From positions 1 through 53,766 of IMG/VR virus record IMGVR_UViG_3300030116_007293: a stretch of DNA of 53,766 nt. One strand, 5' to 3'. Made by a program: the position numbers and the translations under genes. The notes under the pieces were generated by a model. That model was not told the origin of the DNA. It saw only the letters and a list, made by a program, of their open reading frames with translations, and did no database searches. Source of the stretch: a virus (Duplodnaviria > Caudoviricetes). The first letter of the stretch is position 1; each line of letters starts with the position of its first letter. This document shows positions 18,747 to 28,426 of this stretch, piece by piece.

Positions 18747-19243
18747 CAGTCTACAATCTTTGGTTTGGTTCTAATCTTTATTTCATTTTGCAAATCAAAT
18801 ATTTCATTTTGAAGACTAGAAATAATGTCTGCAAATGCTGGTGCATCCTTTTTATCATCTATATATTTTTGTAGTGATTTTATCTCATCTCTCAACATTA
18901 GTATACTTTTATTATCCTGCTTGGGAATGAGACCAAAATCTGTATCTAATTCTCTTAAATCTTTTTCTTGACTAAATATACTTTTAGAAAGTTTTGGTGT
19001 CATTTTCTGTCCTGGACTAAATACATTATATTCTGGTCCAGATATTATTCTGCTGAAATCTTTGGAATAAGAAAATGTTGGTGGTGTTCCTTCTTTTCTT
19101 ACCATAGCAAAAGGAAGATTTTTCAATGCACCAAAATCACCACTGGGAGCATCTGGCAAATTATTAACATCTTGACCTGCTTTACTTACAAGATTTTTTA
19201 AAAACTCAAATGCCTCGAGACCAAGTTTTTGAATTTTAGCCAT
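18746..19243 (-). CDS. Hypothetical protein, putative internal protein
   Basis: 165 aa ORF coupled to neighbours. Confidence 0.75.
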   Translation of the reverse strand: MAKIQKLGLEAFEFLKNLVSKAGQDVNNLPDAPSGDFGALKNLPFAMVRKEGTPPTFSYSKDFSRIISGPEYNVFSPGQKMTPKLSKSIFSQEKDLRELDTDFGLIPKQDNKSILMLRDEIKSLQKYIDDKKDAPAFADIISSLQNEIFDLQNEIKIRTKPKIVD

Positions 19244-19244
19244 A

Positions 19245-19502
19245 TTACCATGCCTTACAAGACCAATATCTTGCCTTTGTTTTTGGTCCAGGATTATCGC
19301 AGTTGTGCCTTGATCTAAAATTACTTCTGCGACCTTTTTGATTTTTCTTTATACGCATATTTGGATCACCAAATGTAACTCTTTTGACCTTGTCACCATC
19401 CATAACATAAACCACAGACTTCTTTTTACCATAGGAAGTTTCACCTTTGCCTATTCTTCTGGGTTTATTTAATGTTACTTTTTTGCCTTTGTAAGTTGCC
19501 AT
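19245..19502 (-). CDS. Small basic protein with His/Cys motif
   Basis: FGDPNM...RRSNFRSRHNC...ARYWSCKAW. Confidence 0.8.
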   Translation of the reverse strand: MATYKGKKVTLNKPRRIGKGETSYGKKKSVVYVMDGDKVKRVTFGDPNMRIKKNQKGRRSNFRSRHNCDNPGPKTKARYWSCKAW

Positions 19503-20104
19503 TACTTATCTTTATCAAGTTTTACATTTAATATATCTCTGATATCTTCAGGAGATAAATTATATGATTTAAGGAATTCATATTGTGCTTGTTTTTTTAA
19601 AAGTTCATTTATTGAAATTTTATCAGGGTCATAATCAAAAACATCCTCAAATTTCATATTTTTATTTCTTAACCATGTTCTGTAAAAAACATTATCTGGA
19701 CCAGGATCACCTTTGAAATCAGGATCTCGTTCAATTGGAAAACCATATTGTCTTATTTTATCTATTTTTTCACGACTATCAATAAAACTAATTCTCTCGT
19801 CTCTTGCTGTTCTTGGACTATTAGGATTATCAAATCTAAATATATTAGGAAGATCAGAATAGTAATCATCTAATTCAGGAACAGCACGGAATATACTAGC
19901 ATCAAGCTCTGTATTCATGTCAATCATTCCTTGTTGTCGAGCTGACTGTGTTTCAAAATTTAAATCTTTATGCAATTCTTCTACCTTTGATAAATTAACT
20001 TGGTCATTAGCAGGAATGTCTTTAAATGCACCGATATCTTCACGTGCAGGTCTTTTACCTAATAAATCTAATAATGCTCCTAATGCTTTATCTAGTTTTG
20101 CCAC
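19502..20104 (-). CDS. Hypothetical protein (about 200 aa), putative internal protein
   Basis: Likely GTG start at 20104 (AKLDKALGALLDLL...) overlapping the end of the upstream small gene. Confidence 0.7.
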   Translation of the reverse strand: MAKLDKALGALLDLLGKRPAREDIGAFKDIPANDQVNLSKVEELHKDLNFETQSARQQGMIDMNTELDASIFRAVPELDDYYSDLPNIFRFDNPNSPRTARDERISFIDSREKIDKIRQYGFPIERDPDFKGDPGPDNVFYRTWLRNKNMKFEDVFDYDPDKISINELLKKQAQYEFLKSYNLSPEDIRDILNVKLDKDK

Positions 20105-20252
20105 TGTGAACTTTCTGTATCTCAAAAGTTGCTTTTTGGCTCGCACCTTTGTGTGGTTTGTATCCTCCAGCTGGATTCTTCATTAACTTATAACCTTTGC
20201 CAGCTTTCATCCAATGAAAACCTTTTGGTGCCTCAACTGCTTTTTTTGCCAC
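20088..20252 (-). CDS. Small basic protein (54 aa, AKKAVEAPKGFHWMK...)
   Basis: GTG start with AAGGAG RBS; missed by the ORF track. Confidence 0.75.
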   Translation of the reverse strand: MAKKAVEAPKGFHWMKAGKGYKLMKNPAGGYKPHKGASQKATFEIQKVHSGKTR

Positions 20253-20544
20253 TTTTACTCTCCTTTTTATTTTTTAAAACTTGTTTTGCTTTTTTAAAAA
20301 TACTTGCAACTTCTTTCTTCCCCATAACTTTTGCTCTTTGTTCTCCAACTGTTAATATCTGAACTTTTCGAGCATATGGTTTAGATATCTTTTTTACTTT
20401 GGCAACTGTCTTGCGAGCATCTGTTGGTGTAGCAAATTTTATACTGACTGTGTCTTTAGGATTTTCATCTGTATATAATCTTCTGCCACTGCCCTTTGGT
20501 TTTTTGCCTGTGCCTTTTTTAGGATCAGGTCTTTTTTTTACCAC
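20233..20544 (-). CDS. Small basic protein (103 aa)
   Basis: Lys-rich; LYTDENPKDTV...EQRAK. Confidence 0.75.
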   Translation of the reverse strand: MVKKRPDPKKGTGKKPKGSGRRLYTDENPKDTVSIKFATPTDARKTVAKVKKISKPYARKVQILTVGEQRAKVMGKKEVASIFKKAKQVLKNKKESKSGKKSS

Positions 20545-20788
20545 TTTTCTTTTTCCCCTTTAATAAATCTGAATCTGCTTTTCTTGCTCCACCTTTGCCT
20601 GTCACAAAGCTCTTCACTCTACCCATTGCCCATTGGTGTGCTGAAGTTTTTGGTCTGCTGCCTGATGAGTAATAAGCACCCAATCCTCTTTTATAAACCT
20701 TGTCAAGTTTTTCTTTTGAGAACTTTCCAGCTCCAGGAATAGAACCATATTTACCACCACTTTTCTTTTTAGTTGCTTTTGTTGCCAT
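20525..20788 (-). CDS. Small basic protein, DUF5824-like
   Basis: VYKRGLGAY.SSGSRP...QWAMGRV motif. Confidence 0.65.
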   Translation of the reverse strand: MATKATKKKSGGKYGSIPGAGKFSKEKLDKVYKRGLGAYYSSGSRPKTSAHQWAMGRVKSFVTGKGGARKADSDLLKGKKKSGKKKT

Positions 20789-20976
20789 TAGCTTTTGCTC
20801 CTCCTTTTAGATATTTTATCCATCATAGCAGGTGTCAATTTATTTTGCCTGTAAAGTTTGGCTGTTCTTTTTATTTCTTTTTCTCTTGCCTTTGGGTTCT
20901 TTGCTCCTGAAACATATTTCTTTGGAACACCCTTTTTTGTTTTGGCAACTTTTTTAAACTTTCTTTTTCCTGGCAC
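20788..20976 (-). CDS. Small basic protein (PGKRKFKKVAK...)
   Basis: GTG at 20976 downstream of AGGAG; VPKKY motif. Confidence 0.65.
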   Translation of the reverse strand: MPGKRKFKKVAKTKKGVPKKYVSGAKNPKAREKEIKRTAKLYRQNKLTPAMMDKISKRRSKS

Positions 20977-21112
20977 TTTTTGCTGCACTCCTAAAATTTG
21001 CTTTTGTGGGTCTTCCTTTCTGCCCTTTTTTACGCATCTTCTCTTTTGATCCTGCTTTTATTCTTTTTCTCTTCGCATGAATATTAGCATATAATCCTGG
21101 TCTTTTGGCCAT
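20954..21112 (-). CDS. Small basic protein (52 aa, MAKRPGLYANIHAKRKRI...)
   Basis: TAATG coupling; missed by the ORF track. Confidence 0.8.
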   Translation of the reverse strand: MAKRPGLYANIHAKRKRIKAGSKEKMRKKGQKGRPTKANFRSAAKSARKKKV

Positions 21113-21231
21113 TACTTTTTCTTCTTCTTTTTCTTTTTTAGTGCTTTAAAATCTGCACCTGTTATTTTATTTCTTGGCTTTGCTGCTCTTGCGAGCTTTT
21201 TCTGTTTTGGTGAATATTTGCTAAATGGCAT
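21112..21231 (-). CDS. Small basic peptide (39 aa, MPFSKYSPKQKKLA...KITGADFKAL)
   Basis: TAATG coupling at both ends. Confidence 0.75.
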   Translation of the reverse strand: MPFSKYSPKQKKLARAAKPRNKITGADFKALKKKKKKKK

Positions 21232-21476
21232 TATCTGCTTCCCTCCACTCCATACTTTTCCCTCATAAGAAGGGGAAAACCAGTTGAACCATTTGCCCAA
21301 GGATTAAAATCTTCATTAGCAAAGTCCATTAATCTTTTTATAATATATGCCTTGTCTTCATCAGGTAAATTACTTGGATAACCCATATCTTCAAAAGTTC
21401 TGCTGGCTTTTACAATACCATTGTCCATTTGTCCCAAAGCACCTAAATTTTTTGGCATGTTCATCATTTTAATCAC
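21231..21476 (-). CDS. Hypothetical protein
   Basis: ORF in the coupled array; true start probably a downstream Met. Confidence 0.65.
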   Translation of the reverse strand: MIKMMNMPKNLGALGQMDNGIVKASRTFEDMGYPSNLPDEDKAYIIKRLMDFANEDFNPWANGSTGFPLLMREKYGVEGSR

Positions 21477-21744
21477 TCATCATTGGACCACCATGACCTA
21501 GCATTTCATCCATCATGCCTTTCATGTCGCCACTGTGAACTTTCATTATTTTAACTTTAACACCATCATCTTCGTGTTCTTCTTCCTCTTCACCAACACC
21601 ATATTCCATCTGGTGACAGAGCAATAAAAAATTTACAAGTTGTTCTTCAGAAAGTTCAAGACCTTCTGAGTCGTGAGCAAAACCCATCTTTTCCATAAAT
21701 AGTTCTGCATTTTTATCCATGTTGTCTACGTTTATTTCAGCCAT
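21469..21744 (-). CDS. Acidic Met/His-rich hypothetical protein
   Basis: AGGAG RBS, 91 aa. Confidence 0.75.
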   Translation of the reverse strand: MAEINVDNMDKNAELFMEKMGFAHDSEGLELSEEQLVNFLLLCHQMEYGVGEEEEEHEDDGVKVKIMKVHSGDMKGMMDEMLGHGGPMMSD

Positions 21745-21753
21745 TTTATTCTC

Positions 21754-22047
21754 CTATGTTTCTGAATCTATTCCTGATCTTGTTTTATAAATATTTCTTA
21801 ATATCTCTTCAAGCATAGTATAACCTTGCATCCCACTTTCACCAACAGAAGATCCTTGATCTAATGATTTTAAAGAATCAATTATATCGCTCTCACTGAC
21901 AGCAGCTCCTGGCTCCATCCTCAAAGATTTTATAATTGAATCATATATAGAATTAAAAAATTCTTTATCATCATCAGTCATTGGTGCATTTGGCTCAGCC
22001 CTTTTAAGCAACTGATTCATTTGATCAAGCATTTCATTGCCAGCCAT
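21754..22047 (-). CDS. Hypothetical protein
   Basis: AGGAG RBS, 97 aa. Confidence 0.75.
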   Translation of the reverse strand: MAGNEMLDQMNQLLKRAEPNAPMTDDDKEFFNSIYDSIIKSLRMEPGAAVSESDIIDSLKSLDQGSSVGESGMQGYTMLEEILRNIYKTRSGIDSET

Positions 22048-22056
22048 TTTATTCTC

Positions 22057-23007
22057 CTATGTCATTTCTTGTTTAATTTTTTCACCGATCAATGCAACAT
22101 TTGGCAGACCTTCTATAAGATTGCCTTGAGCATCTACGATCTCGCCATCTTCATTAACTTGCATTTGTTGATCTATGAATGTTGGACTATATCCAAACCT
22201 TGTTAAAAAACTGCTTAAAAATCTATCTGGGATGCCACCTTTGTATGCTCTTTGAAAATATCTGAATATTGGTTCGTTTGTTGTTGCTGGTTCTGAATCT
22301 TTTTCAAGTTTCTTTTCCTCACTCATTTGTAATTGAGCATCAAATGATGGCTGTGGACTCGCATATACTGGATCGAATATACCAAATAATTTATCTGGTG
22401 GAGTGAACTCTTGCATGACTTGACTTGGTTGTGCGACTGTTCCCAAAGGTTCAAAAGGCATTTGTTGACCTGATGCTTCACCTGTTAATGAATCTAATAA
22501 TGTTGGCATGCTGTCAACTATTGTTCCTGCTGGCTCACCAAAAACTGCTGAATCTTGAGCATCTTTCATATCTTTTAAAGTTTCAAGAGCTGATAAAGTT
22601 CCTGTCACATTACCTTCATCATCTTTCATTGTATAGATGTTGCCACCTTGTATTGTAACTCCTGTGCCTGCTGGTCTTGGTTCTTCTGTAGATGGAACTG
22701 GTGTTTTGAATATTAAATCTTGCATTGGCTTTTGAGGTTGCAATGGTGCTGCTCCAGAAGATATTGTAAATCCTTCTTTCTTTTCTTCTTCAGGTGGTGT
22801 TGCACCTATTGATCCAAAAACTGAATCTAAAACACCAATGACTGACGGGAAGAATGGTTTGTCCTCTTTTGGTTGGTTTTTGTCTGGTGCTGTTAAATTT
22901 ACTGAACCAAGAACTGAACCTGACTCGCCACCAGCGATGCCACCTATACTTCCCATTGAGTCTTGCTTATCTTCCTCTGAACTGCCACCTGCACAGGCTG
23001 AACCCAT
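22057..23007 (-). CDS. Putative internal/ejection protein (MGSAC N-terminus)
   Basis: 316 aa, low-complexity Pro/Gly/Ser-rich, downstream of portal. Confidence 0.65.
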   Translation of the reverse strand: MGSACAGGSSEEDKQDSMGSIGGIAGGESGSVLGSVNLTAPDKNQPKEDKPFFPSVIGVLDSVFGSIGATPPEEEKKEGFTISSGAAPLQPQKPMQDLIFKTPVPSTEEPRPAGTGVTIQGGNIYTMKDDEGNVTGTLSALETLKDMKDAQDSAVFGEPAGTIVDSMPTLLDSLTGEASGQQMPFEPLGTVAQPSQVMQEFTPPDKLFGIFDPVYASPQPSFDAQLQMSEEKKLEKDSEPATTNEPIFRYFQRAYKGGIPDRFLSSFLTRFGYSPTFIDQQMQVNEDGEIVDAQGNLIEGLPNVALIGEKIKQEMT

Positions 23008-23231
23008 TACATTCTCCTTCTAGGTTGTTGCATCATTGGTTGCTGTTGCTGCATCATAATGTTTGCGAGAGCACCAACATTGTCACCAAACATTCTCCTT
23101 TTTATCTCGTCTATCTTTTGAAGTAAATACTGATTCATGTTTATATTAGCAGCAGGCATTGGTTGTTGCTGCATCTGGCCAGAGAATGCTGCTGGGTTGA
23201 TTCCTTGCATTGGTATTATTTTTTCATTCAT
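23007..23231 (-). CDS. Gln/Met-rich small protein
   Basis: 74 aa, overlaps portal stop. Confidence 0.7.
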   Translation of the reverse strand: MNEKIIPMQGINPAAFSGQMQQQPMPAANINMNQYLLQKIDEIKRRMFGDNVGALANIMMQQQQPMMQQPRRRM

Positions 23232-25663
23232 TGCTTAAACATTTCCATTTGTAATTTTGCTGCATTCTTTTCTCTCTCTAATTGTAACTCTGCCTCGAGC
23301 TTTCTGATCTTGGATTCAAGCTCAACTTGAGTTTTGGCTTTTGCTATTTCTATATCTTGTTTAGCATCTGCTTGCTTGATCGCAATATCCGATTGAGCTT
23401 TGGCTTGGTCAGCTTGTATTTGCGATTGAGTCCTTTGCTGGAGTGCTTGTGCTTCGAGTTGAGCAAGTTGCTGGGCATATTGTAATGGGTTTTGTTGTTG
23501 CTTGCCAACATTTTGTAATCCTCTAATTGCTTGCATCTGTGGTGCTGCCTGAACAACTTGTGCTGCTCTTTGGCTTATTAACATATCTAGTTCTGGATTG
23601 ATATCATCAAACTCGAACTTCTTATCACGCACATCTGGTAAATTAGGCAATGGCATACCAATGCTTGCTTCCATTCTAGTGCGATACAATAATGCAATAT
23701 GTTCAGCAACGTGTGCAACAAGTATTGGTTGCATGCCTTTTGCTCCTGGATTGCCACCAAGTGATGGGTCTGACAAAAACTGTAAATGAACTTGTATGTG
23801 TGAATCATGATCTTGCTCTGGGAATGCTCTTATTGGCTTGCCATACATAACAGACATATTCTCATCAATCGGATCAAGTCTTGCTGCTTCTGTTGGCTTT
23901 TTTAGAATCTCATCAATGTTTGGTATTCTGATTGCTTCATACATTCTTTTGTATGCTTCATAATTATCATGCAGGTTTGGTGCTGCTTTTGACATTTGCA
24001 ACACTGCTTGTGCTTGTGCTATTCTCTGGGCAGTGCTAAATATGTTTGGATCACTGACTGGTATTATATCAACTCTGTCATTGAAGTCTGCAGCAAAAAC
24101 TTGTTGTGTTCCACCAGCAACTGAAAACGCAACTTTCTCTGGTAAATATTCTGCATTTAGTTTTGAGAGTAATTTAAACTCTTGACCTTGGGAATGGTGC
24201 AGTCTTTTGTGTATTGCTGAAAATGATTTACTGCCTTGTTCTATTAACGCAACTGTAGAACCAACAGGTGCATTAGGATTAACATCGCCAACATTTAAAT
24301 CTGCTGTGCTTGCAAATCTTTGACCTGATTGTACAATAAAACCTAATAATTGAAACAACGATCCACTTGGCTCTTTAAATGGCAATGGCATGATTGCTTT
24401 GTTAACATCGTCAACTGTTGAATCTAGATCTGCGAACTCTCCAGGATTAACTTGCAGTTCACCACCTGTCACTCTGCCTTTTAATTTAAATCCACCTTGC
24501 ATATTTGAAAATGCAGCAGAGTCTAATAATGCTCTCAAAGATCCTGTTGCAGCTTTGCCAAGACCACCAATCATGTGATAAAGACCAAAACCATAAAACC
24601 CAAGTCCAGGAAGAAATTTATAACTTACAAACCAATCTCGTCTTCGTTGCTGTTCATCTTCTTCTCTCCAGTTTCTGCGAACACTAACAACTTTCTGCGT
24701 GTCATAATTTATTGTAACAATATATGGCAATGCAACACTGCCCTCATCATCATCTGCATTATCAATGCCTTCAAAAGATTCGTAAACATGCATCTCTAAA
24801 AGTGTTAATGTCTGATCTTCGCCATCTGCAGAATAACCTTCAACACCTTCAATGTCTGCTATTGTATCACCTGCTGGATCGATATCATCACCTGAATATT
24901 CTGATTGTAAATAATATCCTGCATCAACATATCTATTGTAGTCGTTTTTTGGTATTCTTATGAGGTGAGTGTATCTTGGTGCTGTTTGTAAATCATTTGA
25001 CTCTGGTGCAACAACAAAATCTTCTGCCTTTACAAATATAGATTTTTGTCTATTTAAATCTGGATCCCACCATATCTTTTTAAAAGTTTGTCCGATCAAT
25101 GGCAGGTGAAATAACATCTGGTCTAGATCAGGAAAGTATTCAGGCATCTGCTGGGTGATCTGGTAATTCATATATTCACGCACCCTGCGACCTTGCTCCT
25201 CAACTTCTTCACTTGGCTCACCAACAATAACTGTTTTCACTGGTCCATCAGAAGGATATAATTCTGCGATTGCTCTTGCATTGAACTGTGTTGCTGCTTC
25301 TGATATTAAAGGATGAACAACTGTGCTCAGACCTCTGGATGCTCTTTGATCTTCTGATTCGTCTAAACCACCTTCAGTGTCAAGTGTCCTCAAACCTTCT
25401 TTATATCTTCTTTCCCACTCGGATCTTGCTGATTTATCATTTTCATAATGCTGTATTAATTCATCTGCTTTTTTTGAAAGCTCTCTTTCATCAATAACTT
25501 CAGCAAGGTTTTGATCAAAGTCAGTGTCCTCCTGAACCATGTCTTCTGCTGGGTCACCTATTAAAACGTCATCACCAATATTTTCAACTTGTAAATCATC
25601 AGCTGGTTCGCCTTCAGCAAACATTGGCTCTTCAGCTTGGATATTTATTGGGGATCTAGCCAT
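23228..25663 (-). CDS. Portal protein
   Basis: 811 aa directly after TerL; VHPLISEAATQF, FLPGLGFYGFGL; Gln-rich coiled-coil barrel. Confidence 0.9.
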   Translation of the reverse strand: MARSPINIQAEEPMFAEGEPADDLQVENIGDDVLIGDPAEDMVQEDTDFDQNLAEVIDERELSKKADELIQHYENDKSARSEWERRYKEGLRTLDTEGGLDESEDQRASRGLSTVVHPLISEAATQFNARAIAELYPSDGPVKTVIVGEPSEEVEEQGRRVREYMNYQITQQMPEYFPDLDQMLFHLPLIGQTFKKIWWDPDLNRQKSIFVKAEDFVVAPESNDLQTAPRYTHLIRIPKNDYNRYVDAGYYLQSEYSGDDIDPAGDTIADIEGVEGYSADGEDQTLTLLEMHVYESFEGIDNADDDEGSVALPYIVTINYDTQKVVSVRRNWREEDEQQRRRDWFVSYKFLPGLGFYGFGLYHMIGGLGKAATGSLRALLDSAAFSNMQGGFKLKGRVTGGELQVNPGEFADLDSTVDDVNKAIMPLPFKEPSGSLFQLLGFIVQSGQRFASTADLNVGDVNPNAPVGSTVALIEQGSKSFSAIHKRLHHSQGQEFKLLSKLNAEYLPEKVAFSVAGGTQQVFAADFNDRVDIIPVSDPNIFSTAQRIAQAQAVLQMSKAAPNLHDNYEAYKRMYEAIRIPNIDEILKKPTEAARLDPIDENMSVMYGKPIRAFPEQDHDSHIQVHLQFLSDPSLGGNPGAKGMQPILVAHVAEHIALLYRTRMEASIGMPLPNLPDVRDKKFEFDDINPELDMLISQRAAQVVQAAPQMQAIRGLQNVGKQQQNPLQYAQQLAQLEAQALQQRTQSQIQADQAKAQSDIAIKQADAKQDIEIAKAKTQVELESKIRKLEAELQLEREKNAAKLQMEMFKQ

Positions 25664-27158
25664 ACAATGTTATCCTCTCTTTTGTTTCTATTTCGTCATC
25701 ATCATAATCAGAAGAATGAGTGACAAACCAACCTTTGCGAAGTCTCAACCATGCCTGTGTACATGTGTCAACTATGTCATCATTGTCCCCAGCAGGGAAT
25801 GCAGCACAAATGTCTATTAAATTTTTAGCCCATTTTCTGTTAGAAGGAAAGTAAATTCTTCCATCTTCTAATAATGCACTGCTGGCATGTGCTCTTGCTT
25901 CTTTGTCTCTGTCAGGCATATATTCAATTACTGGCACACCAGCCATACGCAAATCTTGTATTAAACTTTGACCAGATGCTTTCTTTTCTATGAGAACTGC
26001 GTCTGGTTCATAATCATAAAACGACTCTTGTGCGATTCTTCTCAACTCTGGATAGGTGACTCTGTCATACCACATATCAATAACAATAGCATTCACCTGA
26101 CCATTCCTCCTGAAGACACCCCAAGTTGTTCTTGCAGAATATGATGTTTTTTCTTTTGTGCTAAATGCTGTGTCCCAAGATTGAATAACATATTCTACAT
26201 CTGGCAACTCTTCATACTCCCATGGCACCCACCACTCTGCTCTTAATATACCACCACCTTTGGGCATTGGTCTTTGTTGCAGTTGACCTGCCGATGCATA
26301 TGTGCCAAGACTTTTCTCTAAATTATCAAGAGTCTTTTCATCTATTCTTTCTGGCCATAATAATTCACCTTCTTTTGTTCTTGGATCTGTAAAGAACAAT
26401 GAACTTTTAGAAACTGTTGGATGACCAATCTCATATCTAGCAGGAATGCAAAGGTGATCCCAATCATTGTCATTGGCCAAAATATGACCTGTCAAGTCTT
26501 TCTCGTGAACTCTTTGCATAATGATAACAAATGATCCAGTCTTTGGATCATTGAGTCTGGTTTGCATTGCTTGATCCCACCAATCAAGAACACCCTCTCT
26601 GACTGTATTTGATTCTGCCTCACGAACATTGTGCGGATCGTCAATAACAATTATGTCACCACCTTCCCCTGTCAAAGCTCCATCAACTGATGTTGCGATC
26701 CTGTATCCTGTTTTATCATTTTCAAATCTTTGTTTTTGGTTTTGATCTGTTGTTAATTTAAAAGAACCATCAAAATGTTTTTTATACCAAGCACTGTCAA
26801 TTAATCTCCTGCATTTAACTGAATCTCTTATTGACAATGAACCTGCATATGATGCGAACAAAAATCTTTTCTGCGGCTGTATTGCCCATGTCCATGCAGG
26901 AAGAGCAACTGCCACTGCGATTGATTTCATATGTCTCGGAGGGATATTAATTATTAATCGACGAATATCACCTTCAACAACTGCCTGAAGATGTTCTGAT
27001 ATTGCGTCAATGTGCCAGTTGTCATAGAACTCTCGTCCTGGTTCAACTGTTTGCCAACTCTCCTGGATGAATGTCTTCAATGATCTCCTCATCCTCTCTG
27101 CCTTGACTTGCGTCAATGACAGCATGCTCAAGAGCTCGCTCGATTGTATTAAGGTCAT
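25656..27158 (-). CDS. terL: Terminase large subunit
   Basis: IPPRHMKS, IIVIDDP, QSWDTA, IEKKASG, DDIVD; start may be 27125. Confidence 0.95.
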   Translation of the reverse strand: MTLIQSSELLSMLSLTQVKAERMRRSLKTFIQESWQTVEPGREFYDNWHIDAISEHLQAVVEGDIRRLIINIPPRHMKSIAVAVALPAWTWAIQPQKRFLFASYAGSLSIRDSVKCRRLIDSAWYKKHFDGSFKLTTDQNQKQRFENDKTGYRIATSVDGALTGEGGDIIVIDDPHNVREAESNTVREGVLDWWDQAMQTRLNDPKTGSFVIIMQRVHEKDLTGHILANDNDWDHLCIPARYEIGHPTVSKSSLFFTDPRTKEGELLWPERIDEKTLDNLEKSLGTYASAGQLQQRPMPKGGGILRAEWWVPWEYEELPDVEYVIQSWDTAFSTKEKTSYSARTTWGVFRRNGQVNAIVIDMWYDRVTYPELRRIAQESFYDYEPDAVLIEKKASGQSLIQDLRMAGVPVIEYMPDRDKEARAHASSALLEDGRIYFPSNRKWAKNLIDICAAFPAGDNDDIVDTCTQAWLRLRKGWFVTHSSDYDDDEIETKERITLYG

Positions 27159-27579
27159 TGTCTGTTAATTTGCTGATATCCAGCACCTTCTTTTCTTCTA
27201 TTTGAGCTTTTACTTCAACTGCTTTTAAATCTGGAACACATTTGCCGAGCAATGTTTTTGCTGCCATAACTCTCAGCTCTGGGTCTGCACCTATCTTTCC
27301 AATGTTTTGTATCTCACCATCTGACTCTGAATATACTGGGAATATTTCTTTACCATTCATAACATTGGCCAAAAAACCTACTGGGTCTGCTTGACCCATA
27401 ATCCAATTAATTGTTGCATGATGATTCCATTTATATCTATTGGGTCTTGTTCTTGATGGCTTTTGATTCTTCATTGGTTCAACAGATTTAAACTTTCCAT
27501 CAAACTTTTCAACATTGACAGGACGACCATCTTTGACAGGTCTTTTGACTGTTATCTTCTTTGTTTTCTCTGCAGCCAT
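27043..27579 (-). CDS. terS: Terminase small subunit (probable)
   Basis: Upstream of and overlapping terL; LLGKCVPDLKAVEV motif. Confidence 0.65.
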   Translation of the reverse strand: MAAEKTKKITVKRPVKDGRPVNVEKFDGKFKSVEPMKNQKPSRTRPNRYKWNHHATINWIMGQADPVGFLANVMNGKEIFPVYSESDGEIQNIGKIGADPELRVMAAKTLLGKCVPDLKAVEVKAQIEEKKVLDISKLTDNDLNTIERALEHAVIDASQGREDEEIIEDIHPGELANS

Positions 27580-27648
27580 ATATTCTTCTCCAAAAACCTA
27601 TGTTTCCAGTGGTTAACTGTTATAAAACTGTATATCTTATTTCTGGGC

Positions 27649-27678
27649 AAAAAGAAAGCTCTCTGTGAGGAGAGCTTT
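27649..27678 (-). terminator. Intrinsic terminator ending the leftward early unit
   Basis: AAAGCTCTC-6nt-GAGAGCTTT (27655-27678) followed by CTTTTT on the minus strand. Confidence 0.7.
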
Positions 27679-27777
27679 AAGTTTAATAAATATTAAATAT
27701 TTGAAATGGGAGGAAATAATGTTTTTAATTAAATTATTTCTAAATTGACTTTAGATTAAAAATAAATAAAAGTAAAA

Positions 27778-27966
27778 TTATTTCCACTTGCCATGTGCTT
27801 GTTCGTGAGGGATTAATAAACATTCATTAGTTATCCAATGACCCTCAGCAAAATAAGTTCTTTCGCCACAACCAACCATGAGTTCAAAAACCATAACTGT
27901 GAGGAGAAAGCTCAAGCAACAAATTAAAATTAGTCCGAGTGTTTTTATCATTTTTCTACATCCCAA
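27778..27966 (-). CDS. Small membrane protein
   Basis: Hydrophobic helix followed by GCG. Confidence 0.55.
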   Translation of the reverse strand: MGCRKMIKTLGLILICCLSFLLTVMVFELMVGCGERTYFAEGHWITNECLLIPHEQAHGKWK

Positions 27967-28184
27967 AGTTTTTTAATCTCTTTTATAAACTTTTCACTAG
28001 ATCTCCAATCTTTTTTTACACCATGCTTCTCGAGAGTTTTCTCTATTTTCAGAACCAATCCTTTGAACTCTTTGTGTTCTTCAGCACTAAAACAATCATC
28101 ATACTCAGACATGATCCTATCATAATGACATTCTAATACACATGCCATTGCTAACATTTCAGACTCATCAAAATCTATTTGCAT
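27948..28184 (-). CDS. Hypothetical early protein
   Basis: 78 aa, GGAGG RBS. Confidence 0.7.
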   Translation of the reverse strand: MQIDFDESEMLAMACVLECHYDRIMSEYDDCFSAEEHKEFKGLVLKIEKTLEKHGVKKDWRSSEKFIKEIKKLWDVEK

Positions 28185-28381
28185 TTCTTCCTCCGTCTTG
28201 TCAGTTCAGCAGAGTATGTCATTCTCTGGTCGGCATAATAATTTTCCTTTTCAGGATTCCAACCTCTCATTGCGAGCTCTGCTTCTGCACAGTCTTTACA
28301 AATAAAAACCAACTCATCGATTGAGCATTTCTTTGCTCTTTGTTCCCACTCTTGGAACTGTTTTGCTGTTGCACCTGACAT
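28175..28381 (-). CDS. Hypothetical early protein (68 aa, MSGATAKQF...)
   Basis: ATG at 28381 with AAGGAG RBS. Confidence 0.7.
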   Translation of the reverse strand: MSGATAKQFQEWEQRAKKCSIDELVFICKDCAEAELAMRGWNPEKENYYADQRMTYSAELTRRRKKCK

Positions 28382-28426
28382 AAATATCTCCTTTCTCAAA
28401 TGCTGGGGGAATAAATCCCCCAATAA

